DNA of 32,000 bases from Halalkalibacterium halodurans. Its GTDB lineage: Bacteria; Bacillota; Bacilli; Bacillales; Bacillaceae_D. The notes under the pieces are model-generated. The model was given only the letters and a program-made list of their open reading frames with translations. It ran no database searches and had not been told where the DNA came from. The stretch's first letter is position 1; every line of letters starts with the position of its first letter. The stretch is from the NCBI RefSeq assembly GCF_004376175.1, contig NZ_SNUY01000024.1:1-32000 (forward strand), given 5' to 3'. Positions 17,205 through 25,525 of this stretch are shown in pieces. Position numbers and translations under genes: made by a program.

Positions 17205-18428
17205 TTGTATCAGGAAATAAAAGGTGTCAGAGTATGGGGAGATCCAATAGAGAACGCTGTTGATCAAGCAGTAACATGCGCTCAGCATGGGGATGTAGAA
17301 CAAGTACTGTTGATGGCTGATCATCATAAGGGCTATAGTCAGCCGGTCGGTGGTGTCGTTGTGTATCGAAATCAAATCTCACCTTCAGGGGTAGGATATG
17401 ACATTGCATGTGGCAACAAGGCTGTAAAAACAAATGTGAAATATGTGGATATAAAAGATCAGCTATCTAAGATTATGGATGAATTGGCTCAATCGATTTC
17501 TTTTGGGGTTGGCAGAAGCAATCGCGAGAAGGTAGAGCATGATCTTTTCGATGATCCTGATTGGAGCGTTTATCAAGAAATAGGAAAGCAGGAGCATGAC
17601 AATTTAAAGGCGTTGGCGAAAAAACAGCTAGGTACGGTAGGAAGTGGCAATCATTTCGTTGACCTTTTTGTCGAGGAAGCTACAGGCGACGTTTGGGTGG
17701 CGAACCATTTTGGCAGTAGAGGATTTGGACACAAAACGGCGAGCGGCTTCATGAATTTGGCCAAAGGAGTAAAGTTTTCTGATAAAGTCAAAGGCGAACG
17801 GATGGAAGATGCCCCTACACTCTTAGACTTAGATTCTGAAATTGGCGACATGTACTACAGGGCGATGCAACTTGCAGGTAAATATGCATATGCTGGCCGA
17901 GATTACGTGATTCAAAAAGTGTTAGACATCTTGCAGGCAGAAGCTGTTTTTTCTGTGCACAACCATCATAACTTTGCGTGGAAGGAAACGCACAATGGCG
18001 AAGAATATGTCATCGTTCGTAAAGGGGCAACCCCATCTGCACCAAACCAGTGGGGCTTTATCGGTGGAAGCATGGGTGACATTTCCGTGATCGTTCGCGG
18101 CGTGGACAGTGAGGAAAATCGAGACGCTTTTTATAGTACGGTTCACGGAGCTGGTCGCATCATGAGCCGGACAGAGGCGGCTGGAAAAATGAACTGGAAA
18201 ACTCGGACGAGATGTGGTGGGAAAATCACACCGGATCAGATGAAGCAAGCGATTAAAGAATATGGTGTTGAATTACGCGGCGGTGGTACGGATGAAAGCC
18301 CATTTGTTTATAAAAAATTAGCAGACGTTTTAGAAGCGCACAAACAGACGTTAAGCATTGAACATGTGTTGAAGCCAATTGGCGTCTGCATGGCAGGCGA
18401 AGGGGAATTTGATCCTTATAAAGATTAG
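17205..18428 (+). CDS. rtcB: RNA 3'-phosphate ligase RtcB
   Basis: RtcB metal and GMP-site motifs: DHHKGYSQPVGGV, GYDIACGN, GSGNHF, HNHHNF. SD AAAGGAGAG lies 6 nt before TTG 17205. The ORF-track TTG 17169 lacks an RBS. Confidence 0.88.
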   Translation: MYQEIKGVRVWGDPIENAVDQAVTCAQHGDVEQVLLMADHHKGYSQPVGGVVVYRNQISPSGVGYDIACGNKAVKTNVKYVDIKDQLSKIMDELAQSISFGVGRSNREKVEHDLFDDPDWSVYQEIGKQEHDNLKALAKKQLGTVGSGNHFVDLFVEEATGDVWVANHFGSRGFGHKTASGFMNLAKGVKFSDKVKGERMEDAPTLLDLDSEIGDMYYRAMQLAGKYAYAGRDYVIQKVLDILQAEAVFSVHNHHNFAWKETHNGEEYVIVRKGATPSAPNQWGFIGGSMGDISVIVRGVDSEENRDAFYSTVHGAGRIMSRTEAAGKMNWKTRTRCGGKITPDQMKQAIKEYGVELRGGGTDESPFVYKKLADVLEAHKQTLSIEHVLKPIGVCMAGEGEFDPYKD

Positions 18429-18556
18429 AGAGGCTGCTTTATTGTAGCCTCTCTATGTTATGTACAATACGTAATGAACGCATAACGTATATTTAGTGAA
18501 GGGGGAGATTGGAAAAGCGGACTACTTGCGGTTACGTGAAAATTCCTCTACAATAC

Positions 18557-18577
18557 AAAGCGTAATTATTACGATTT
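18557..18577 (+). promoter_or_regulatory. Zur box (near-consensus)
   Basis: aaagcgtaattattacgattt compared with the B. subtilis Zur consensus AAATCGTAATNATTACGATTT, quoted from memory. There is one mismatch. The palindrome core is cgtaat-t-attacg. Confidence 0.75.
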
Positions 18578-18629
18578 AATTTGGGATTTCGGATGTTACT
18601 TACGTGGCTTATTAACGGAGGTGGCATCC

Positions 18630-18656
18630 ATGGCTGAACCGTTTCTTCGTTTTTGA
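18630..18656 (+). other. 8-codon mini-ORF (MAEPFLRF*) with a strong SD
   Basis: GGAGGTG lies 6 nt upstream of ATG 18630. It sits between the two Zur-like boxes. Coding status is unknown. Confidence 0.25.
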
Positions 18657-18694
18657 TTAAAAATGGGGAAGATGATAAATTGTTTCTGCAATTC

Positions 18695-18715
18695 AAATCG
18701 TAATGATAACTTTTA
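18695..18715 (+). promoter_or_regulatory. second, degenerate Zur-like box proximal to the COG0523 gene
   Basis: aaatcgtaatgataactttta has a perfect left half (AAATCGTAAT) and a degraded right half. It lies 33 nt upstream of ATG 18748. Confidence 0.5.
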
Positions 18716-18747
18716 TCAATTATTTAGACGTGGGAAAGGAGCATAAA

Positions 18748-19935
18748 ATGAACATAGAAAAAGTACCTGTAACGGTGTTAAGCGGTTATTTAGGAGCAGG
18801 AAAAACAACGGTGTTAAATCATGTGCTGGCCAATAAAGAGGGGATGAAGGTGGCGGTCATCGTCAATGACATGAGCGAAGTTAATATTGATGCCACTCTT
18901 GTCAAACAAGGAGGGTTTACTCGAACCGATGAGAAGCTTGTGGAATTACAAAACGGCTGTATTTGCTGCACACTCCGAGAAGATTTAATTATTGAAGTGG
19001 AAAAGCTTGCGCGGCTCGGGAATATTGATTACATCCTAATCGAATCCACTGGAATCTCTGAACCGATTCCGGTTGCACAAACGTTCACTTATCTTGATGA
19101 AGAACTGGGAATACATTTAGGGGACCGTTGTACACTCGATACGATGGTGACTGTCGTTGATGCCAACCGCTTTTGGGAGGATTATGAGTCAGGGGAGAGT
19201 CTTCTGGATCGGAAGCAAACGGATGATGAGGCGGATACACGGGAAGTTGTCGATTTACTTATTGACCAAATTGAATTCGCCAACGTCATTCTCTTGAATA
19301 AAGTAGATCTTGTCGAGGAAGATGACGTACGGGAACTGACTGCTGTTTTACGTAAATTAAATCCAGAGGCTGAGATTTTGCCAGTTTCCCACGGTCGTGT
19401 AGACTTGAACCGCATATTGCATACAGGTCTGTTTGATTTTGATAAGGCAAGCCAAGGTGCTGGCTGGATTAAGGAATTAAATGAGGAGCACACCCCCGAA
19501 ACAGAAGAATATGGAATTTCATCGTTTGTGTATAAACGGCAGCGGCCGTTTCATCCTGAACGATGGATGGAATGGTTGGAGAATTGGCCGCAAGAGGTAG
19601 TGCGTGCGAAAGGCTTCTTTTGGCTAGCGACGCGCAACGAAATGGCAGGGCTTATTTCTCAGGCCGGGACTTCGATTGTCATTCAAGGAGCTGGACTCTG
19701 GGTCGCAGCTTATGATAAAGAAGAGCAACAACAAGTGTTGGCTGAAGAACCAGAGTTAGCTGCGCGCTGGCACCGCAAGTACGGGGATCGAATGAATGAG
19801 CTTGTCTTTATTGGACTTGATATGGATCAAAAGGAAATCGAGAAAAGTCTTGACACCTGTTTATTAACAGACGAAGAGTTGGGACAAGACTGGTCTGCCT
19901 TACCAGATCCTCTGCCATCGTTTACTGAACAGTAA
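18748..19935 (+). CDS. zagA: COG0523 (CobW/HypB/UreG-type) zinc metallochaperone GTPase, YciC/ZagA-like
   Basis: Walker A GYLGAGKTT, metal-binding motif GCICCTLR, and a CobW C-terminal domain. SD GAAAGGAG precedes ATG 18748. Zur boxes lie upstream. Confidence 0.88.
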   Translation: MNIEKVPVTVLSGYLGAGKTTVLNHVLANKEGMKVAVIVNDMSEVNIDATLVKQGGFTRTDEKLVELQNGCICCTLREDLIIEVEKLARLGNIDYILIESTGISEPIPVAQTFTYLDEELGIHLGDRCTLDTMVTVVDANRFWEDYESGESLLDRKQTDDEADTREVVDLLIDQIEFANVILLNKVDLVEEDDVRELTAVLRKLNPEAEILPVSHGRVDLNRILHTGLFDFDKASQGAGWIKELNEEHTPETEEYGISSFVYKRQRPFHPERWMEWLENWPQEVVRAKGFFWLATRNEMAGLISQAGTSIVIQGAGLWVAAYDKEEQQQVLAEEPELAARWHRKYGDRMNELVFIGLDMDQKEIEKSLDTCLLTDEELGQDWSALPDPLPSFTEQ

Positions 19936-20005
19936 TCTAAGTTGACACTCCCTTCTACTATTCTCCTCCTTTTCTATATATAATGGATGAAGGAGGAGAG
20001 GCATT

Positions 20006-21169
20006 ATGTTTGGGTCAATCGGAGCATTCATTTCTCAAATCTATGAAACTGTTAAATTAGAAACCTTTCGCTTTGTCGATTGGCCATCGATTTCCTTTGA
20101 TCAGCAAAGAGTGGAACGATTAAAGCGACAAGTGGATGAGTACTCTTATCAATCCGTTGCGTTGTTTCCGACAGTGAAAACGATCATTGAGCAGATCAAG
20201 CAAAAAACGGAGAAAGCAAACGAGAACAATCGATCACGAACGAATGCGTATTTAACGTTTTTCAGCCGTCATCCAGAAGTCCATTGGGCATTGCTTGCCC
20301 ACATTGTATCTCGTAATTATGGTTGGCGAATGACAGATCTTCAAGGGAGCTTGTTACATCCGTTTCTATCGTTCGAGCAGAAGGAAGCTTTTTATCTTTT
20401 TTTCGAGCAAGCCAATTCGGTCATCTTTCAGGATGCCTATCCTCAGCTGCTGCTATTTGAAGAAAGTCTTAAGCATGGAAAACCGCTGTTTCATCTACTT
20501 CCATCACTGGGGGTCTCCCGTTTTATGATCCCATTCTGGGAAGATTTTTTTCAAACCGAAGATTCTAAAATTGTCACGACAGCCTTACTCATAAATGAAC
20601 AATATCGCCTCGAATCAACAATGGCGAACTACCGGCAACGTATCACATCGGCACTTGCCGATTCTCCATATATCATCGAACAGTTTTTATCCCGACCGTT
20701 CATTCTCGTTCCTTTTGCGACGAAAAAAGTGCCACGAACAGTTGTTGGAATGAGGATGAATGAGTGGACAGAGGTAGCCGAACGGATTCAACAGAACAGA
20801 ACACTTTATGCTCTCATCTTTGGCTTGCCAAGGCATCGCGAGTCATATGAATGGTTTGCGAAATCCTTTAAACCTTCAGGATCTCGCGAAGACATGTGGC
20901 CACACTTGTTTTCTAGTGATAAGCGAGCGGTACTACAGCAGGGGCATCGCTCGCTTGTTAAGGGAAAGCCTTTTCTACATAGTCCTACGTTGTCTCAAGC
21001 GTGGGGTGAGCGAAAGAAGGCAGTCCGAGACTCTGAAAGCGATTGGTATAAAAAAGAAGCGTTTTTGCATTTTGGCGAGGTGACTCCGCCCGATACGTTT
21101 GTACAAACAGAGAAATTTGCTACCTTCATCGATCTCTTATTTCTAATTTCTCGTATTGGTAGCGATTGA
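20006..21169 (+). CDS. conserved hypothetical protein (DUF2515/YppC-like, name from memory)
   Basis: SD GAAGGAGGAG precedes ATG 20006. It is a 387-aa uninterrupted ORF that I recognise only as a Bacillus-conserved family. Confidence 0.7.
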   Translation: MFGSIGAFISQIYETVKLETFRFVDWPSISFDQQRVERLKRQVDEYSYQSVALFPTVKTIIEQIKQKTEKANENNRSRTNAYLTFFSRHPEVHWALLAHIVSRNYGWRMTDLQGSLLHPFLSFEQKEAFYLFFEQANSVIFQDAYPQLLLFEESLKHGKPLFHLLPSLGVSRFMIPFWEDFFQTEDSKIVTTALLINEQYRLESTMANYRQRITSALADSPYIIEQFLSRPFILVPFATKKVPRTVVGMRMNEWTEVAERIQQNRTLYALIFGLPRHRESYEWFAKSFKPSGSREDMWPHLFSSDKRAVLQQGHRSLVKGKPFLHSPTLSQAWGERKKAVRDSESDWYKKEAFLHFGEVTPPDTFVQTEKFATFIDLLFLISRIGSD

Positions 21170-21283
21170 TTATGCTTTCCAGACAGAAAAGTTTGTGAGC
21201 ATGAGATTTTGTTCACAATATCTAGTGCAGGTTTGCTATGATATAGGCTGGAGTACATGATCAAGGATCTAAAGGAGAGAAAG

Positions 21284-23215
21284 ATGAACCGTTCACTACC
21301 GTTTCCACTGTCAAAGCAGCAACAGTTCTTTGACCAGCTAGGGGATTATATTGGCGATGTTTTTTATGAAATGTTACCAGAGAAAGGCTATGAATTGCGC
21401 GATGAGCAAATTTTTATGGCGTTTCAACTCGAGCAAGCGTTTAAAAAGAGAGCCGTTATGTTTGCCGAAGCAGGGGTCGGCACTGGTAAAACGTTTGTTT
21501 ATCTACTTTATGCAATCTGTTATGCACGTTATACAGGTAAGCCTGCGATTATTTCCTGTGCCGACGAAACGTTGATTGAACAGCTTGTGAAAGAAGAAGG
21601 AGATATTCGTAAATTAGAGCAAGCTCTTGGATTTGAGGTGGATGTTCGTCTGGCGAAAGCGCGAGAGCAATACGTTTGCATGCGCAAGCTAGACCCACTT
21701 GTCCAGCAATTCGGTGACGATGAGGATGTGACCCAAGTTCACGAGGAAATTCCATCGTTTGTGTTTAATGATTCACCCTCAATGCAGCAGTTTCGTCGTT
21801 ATGGAGACCGAAAAGACTATCCGTGGGTGTCCAATGAAAAATGGGAACGAATGGCATGGGACCCTCTACAGCCATGCACGACCTGTGAATGGAGACATCG
21901 CTGTGGTCAGACGCTCCATCGCGATTATTACCGGAAAGCGACCGACCTGATCATCTGCTCCCATGATTTTTACATGGAGCATGTGTGGACGAAGGAATCA
22001 CGAAAGCGGGAGGGACAGCTTCCTCTTTTACCAGAGGCGAGCTGTGTTGTTTTTGATGAAGGGCATTTGCTTGAGTTTGCAGCGCAAAAAGCCTTAACGT
22101 ATCGTTTTCACTTAGCCACATTGCAAAACGTATTGACGAGTTTTATGGACCAGGATGTAAGAGAGAAGACCCTTTATGTTATCGAGGATGTTTTAGCCCT
22201 TCATGACGAATGGTTTCACATCCTTCAGACGACAGCGGTGCCAGTTGAGGGCTCCAACCGCAAGGAGGTACCGTTCGGTCCGGAAATGCTTGAGCAAGCA
22301 AAAGCGTTATACGGTAAAGTTCAGCAACTGCTTGAAGAGCTTGTCTTTGATTCCGAAATGTATGTTGTTGAAGAATATCATATGAAGATGATCGAGGAGC
22401 ATTTAGAGTTCCTTAGCTACGGTTTATCGATCTTATTGAAAGAAGGAGACGGGATCTTTTGGCTTGAGGAGACAGAAGGGGAAACAACGTTTGTCATTAT
22501 GCCACGACTTGTGGAAGATGTTCTTCGTCAAGAGGTTTTTTCGCTTAACATCCCGTTTATTTTTTCGTCTGCGACCTTATCGCAACGCGGAGATTTCAGC
22601 TATCTTGCCAGCGCATTAGGGATTGAAGACCCGCTCACTTTTTCTGTCGACTCCCCGTTCGATTACGAAAGGCAAATGCAAGTGAAAGGGCACATTACGG
22701 ACGAAGAGATGAAAAAGTGGGAGGTCATTGGACAAGCACTACGCGAAAATGGTGGCAGTAGCTTGATTCTCTTCACATCACAGGAAGAGATGAATCGCTT
22801 TCGCCGGTGGGCAGAAAGCAGTGAATGGTCATTTTCGATTCTTTATGAAGGGGACAGAGAAATTAGCGAGCTTGTGAAACAATTTCAAAAGGAAACGGAT
22901 ACGGTGCTTTGTTCTTATCACTTGTGGGAAGGTCTAGATGTTCCTGGAGAGGCGCTCACGCAAGTGGTGATTGCATCCTTGCCTTTCCCGCCAAAGGATC
23001 CTGTTTTTGAAGCGAAACGTAAGCATGCCAGTGATCCAGAAGTTGAAGTGGATCTTCCGTATATGCTCCTACGGTTACGCCAAGGGATCGGCCGTTTGAT
23101 TCGTAGCCATCATGATCATGGAAAGGTGCACTTATGGATGAGCACAAACGAGAAGCAGGCATACAGTGAGTCAGTAGCTGAAGTGGTACCCATTCCGATC
23201 GATTGGAAAGAGTGA
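21284..23215 (+). CDS. DinG/XPD-like Fe-S ATP-dependent DNA helicase (YpvA-like)
   Basis: Walker A AGVGTGKT and DEGH box (VVFDEGHLL). Four Cys in the XPD-type arrangement (YVCMRK ... PCTTCEWRHRCG). C-terminal helicase motifs (LWEGLDVPG, GIGRLIR). SD AAAGGAGAG precedes ATG 21284. Confidence 0.85.
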   Translation: MNRSLPFPLSKQQQFFDQLGDYIGDVFYEMLPEKGYELRDEQIFMAFQLEQAFKKRAVMFAEAGVGTGKTFVYLLYAICYARYTGKPAIISCADETLIEQLVKEEGDIRKLEQALGFEVDVRLAKAREQYVCMRKLDPLVQQFGDDEDVTQVHEEIPSFVFNDSPSMQQFRRYGDRKDYPWVSNEKWERMAWDPLQPCTTCEWRHRCGQTLHRDYYRKATDLIICSHDFYMEHVWTKESRKREGQLPLLPEASCVVFDEGHLLEFAAQKALTYRFHLATLQNVLTSFMDQDVREKTLYVIEDVLALHDEWFHILQTTAVPVEGSNRKEVPFGPEMLEQAKALYGKVQQLLEELVFDSEMYVVEEYHMKMIEEHLEFLSYGLSILLKEGDGIFWLEETEGETTFVIMPRLVEDVLRQEVFSLNIPFIFSSATLSQRGDFSYLASALGIEDPLTFSVDSPFDYERQMQVKGHITDEEMKKWEVIGQALRENGGSSLILFTSQEEMNRFRRWAESSEWSFSILYEGDREISELVKQFQKETDTVLCSYHLWEGLDVPGEALTQVVIASLPFPPKDPVFEAKRKHASDPEVEVDLPYMLLRLRQGIGRLIRSHHDHGKVHLWMSTNEKQAYSESVAEVVPIPIDWKE

Positions 23216-23238
23216 CGAACGAGTCGTCGCTCTTTTTT
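23209..23238 (+). terminator. rho-independent terminator of the helicase gene
   Basis: Stem agagtgacga / tcgtcgctct (one G:U pair) with loop acgag, followed by TTTTTT (23333 is not meant; the run is 23233-23238). Confidence 0.8.
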
Positions 23239-23318
23239 CAATAAGAAAAAACCGTTAGGAGTTTCTGTCATTTACTTAAAAGAACCAATCATGGAAATCT
23301 ATGATAGGTAAAATATGC

Positions 23319-23368
23319 GTTGATTCATATTTTACAATTATTTATAATAAACTCTGTAAGCGTTTTCT
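23319..23368 (+). promoter_or_regulatory. candidate sigma-A promoter with a CcpA cre site for cstA
   Basis: TTGATT (23319-23324), an 18-nt spacer, then TATAAT (23343-23348). TGTAAGCGTTTTCT (23355-23368) fits cre WTGNAANCGNWNNCW except at the first W. Confidence 0.5.
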
Positions 23369-23410
23369 ATTCTTTATATTAAGAATAGTCTAAAATCAAT
23401 CGGTTTTCTG

Positions 23411-25171
23411 GTGAAAGGGGCTGTTGACGTGTACGGAGTATTACTTGCAGCTTTAGGCATGCTCGTGTTTGCGTTAGGGTATCGGTATTATTCAAAGTTT
23501 ATCGCCGAACGAATTTATCGCCTTGACCCTAATTTTGTAACGCCTGCCCATCAATTTAAGGATGGAAAAGACTTTGTCCCAACCAACAAGTTTGTTCTGT
23601 GGGGACATCATTTTACCTCAGTTGCTGGTGCCGCACCGATCGTAGGGCCAGCAATTGCGATTTATTGGGGCTGGCTACCAGCAATTCTCTGGGTCACCCT
23701 TGGGACGGTGTTTGCAGCAGGTGTTCATGACTTTGGGGCACTTGTTTTATCGGTTCGAAACAAAGGTCAATCGGTCGGAACGTTAGCCGATAAGCTCATC
23801 GGTCGTCAGGCCAAGCTGTTATTTTTATTTATTATTTTGATCCTTGTTCTTATGGTTAACGCTGTGTTTGCCTGGGTCATTTCCAACTTGTTTATCTCAA
23901 ATCCTTCAGCGGTACTGTCCGTTTTTATTCAAATTCCATTAGCAGTGTGGATTGGCTACCATGTATACAAACGACAAGGAGGAATGCTCATCCCGTCCCT
24001 TGTGGCGCTGGCGGTGATGTACGTGTCAGCCATTGTGGCAAGCCGAGTACCTGCTTTACAAATTGACCTTGTCCGCTATTTTGGTGGGGAGGAAAACATC
24101 GTAGCTTTTGGTCTTGATGGGGTCGCTATGTCGTTCTTCGTCTGGATTATCGTCCTTATGATCTACGTCTACATCGCCTCCACATTGCCGGTTTGGAAGC
24201 TGTTACAGCCACGGGATTACATTAACTCCCATCAGCTCGTCGTCGGTTTGCTTATTTTATACTTAGGTTTGCTGTTTTCTAACCCAAAGGTTACAGCACC
24301 TGCTGTCAACGGTTCACCTGATACGTCATGGTTCCCGTTGCTGTTTATTACCATTGCGTGTGGTGCGATCTCCGGGTTCCACGGTCTCGTTTCTTCTGGG
24401 ACGACATCGAAACAGCTGAATAAGGAAACAGACGCGAGGTTTGTTGGGTATTTAGGAGCAATTGGTGAGGGGCTACTCGCTCTCATCGTAATCGTCGCAG
24501 TTGCTACGTTCTTTGCATCGCCTCAAGCATTCTCCGAGGTGTACTCAAGCTTTGGTGCAGCAAATCAAGGCGGGCTAGGAAACTTCGTTCAAGCCGCAGG
24601 TCAGCTTGCGACAGGTCTCCTCATTCCGCAAGATATGGCGGCGACGATCGTGGCTGTGATCATCGTCAGCTTTGCCGCGACCACACTGGATACCTCTGTC
24701 CGCTTAATGCGATACATTATTGCTGAACTCGGTCAAGAATATAAGGTGCCAGCGTTATCTAAAACTCATGTGGCCACTTCAATTGCCGTTGTGTCAAGTG
24801 CGGCGCTCGTTCTTTTACCAGAAGGACCAAATGGATTTGGTTCAGGAGGTTACTTGCTTTGGCCACTATTTGGAACGTCAAATCAGCTTCTTGCAGGGAT
24901 TACCTTGCTGCTAATAACGATTTGGCTGAAACGTCAAGGGCGTAACTATTTACCGACTTTGATCCCGATGGTTTTCGTTTTGTTTATGACGCTGTATGCT
25001 ATGTTACAACAAGTCCTCTTTCAATGGTCACCATTTGGTGGTACGGGGACGAACATTCTCTTATTTACGCTAGGTTCAATTATTCTCGTATTTGCGTTCT
25101 GGATTGTCATTGTCGCCATCTCTGAAATTATGAAATCCAAGCCAAGGGATGATTCAAGAAAAAGTGCGTAA
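23411..25171 (+). CDS. cstA: carbon starvation protein CstA family transporter (peptide/pyruvate uptake family)
   Basis: 586-aa polytopic protein with CstA-typical N-terminal segments: YRYYSKFIAERI, WGHHFTSVAGAAPIVGPA, VHDFGAL. GTG 23429 is an alternative start, 8 nt after AAAGGGG. Confidence 0.9.
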   Translation: MKGAVDVYGVLLAALGMLVFALGYRYYSKFIAERIYRLDPNFVTPAHQFKDGKDFVPTNKFVLWGHHFTSVAGAAPIVGPAIAIYWGWLPAILWVTLGTVFAAGVHDFGALVLSVRNKGQSVGTLADKLIGRQAKLLFLFIILILVLMVNAVFAWVISNLFISNPSAVLSVFIQIPLAVWIGYHVYKRQGGMLIPSLVALAVMYVSAIVASRVPALQIDLVRYFGGEENIVAFGLDGVAMSFFVWIIVLMIYVYIASTLPVWKLLQPRDYINSHQLVVGLLILYLGLLFSNPKVTAPAVNGSPDTSWFPLLFITIACGAISGFHGLVSSGTTSKQLNKETDARFVGYLGAIGEGLLALIVIVAVATFFASPQAFSEVYSSFGAANQGGLGNFVQAAGQLATGLLIPQDMAATIVAVIIVSFAATTLDTSVRLMRYIIAELGQEYKVPALSKTHVATSIAVVSSAALVLLPEGPNGFGSGGYLLWPLFGTSNQLLAGITLLLITIWLKRQGRNYLPTLIPMVFVLFMTLYAMLQQVLFQWSPFGGTGTNILLFTLGSIILVFAFWIVIVAISEIMKSKPRDDSRKSA

Positions 25172-25183
25172 AGAACGAAAAGG

Positions 25184-25208
25184 AAGGGGTTAGTCTCACT
25201 AATCCCTT
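25184..25208 (+). other. stem-loop between cstA and the downstream small gene (possible partial terminator or processing site)
   Basis: 11-bp stem aaggggttagt / actaatccctt (one G:U pair) with a 3-nt loop. A poor U-tract (TCATTC) follows. Confidence 0.4.
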
Positions 25209-25243
25209 TCATTCATGTAGATGTAAAGGAAGGAGGGGAACCA

Positions 25244-25507
25244 ATGGAGCAAAAGCTATCGTTAAAACGATTGTTCGAACTTTATGATGAAATGTTACGT
25301 GTTCCCCATCGAGCAGAAATTCATCGGGAGCTCCAAGATGAGGATGATTTGTTTTTGCTTCTCGTCTATTCAGAGATGCTAGGCGTGCCAAATCCAGCCT
25401 TTTATTATACGCTTGAACTTTACCCGTACATCATTGAAACGTTTCACGAATGGCATTTGCGGATGGGGATGGATAAGTCACCATTGCAAGGGATTCGTTG
25501 TTGCTAA
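25244..25507 (+). CDS. small conserved protein ending in Cys-Cys-stop (resembles the family NCBI labels cory-CC-star protein; name from memory)
   Basis: Strong SD AAGGAAGGAGGGG precedes ATG 25244. The 87-aa product is predicted helical and acidic and ends ...PLQGIRCC*. It lies 18 nt upstream of the ArsA-like gene. Confidence 0.75.
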   Translation: MEQKLSLKRLFELYDEMLRVPHRAEIHRELQDEDDLFLLLVYSEMLGVPNPAFYYTLELYPYIIETFHEWHLRMGMDKSPLQGIRCC

Positions 25508-25525
25508 CTTAACGGAGAAGGATGG

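Noticed and set aside
18456-18556. Possible 17-codon ORF (TTG 18511, MEKRTTCGYVKIPLQYKA) and short palindrome atacgt...acgtat downstream of rtcB
   Set aside because: The GGGGGAG motif is only 1 nt from the TTG, which is too close for initiation. The peptide resembles nothing I recognise, and the palindrome is only 6 bp.
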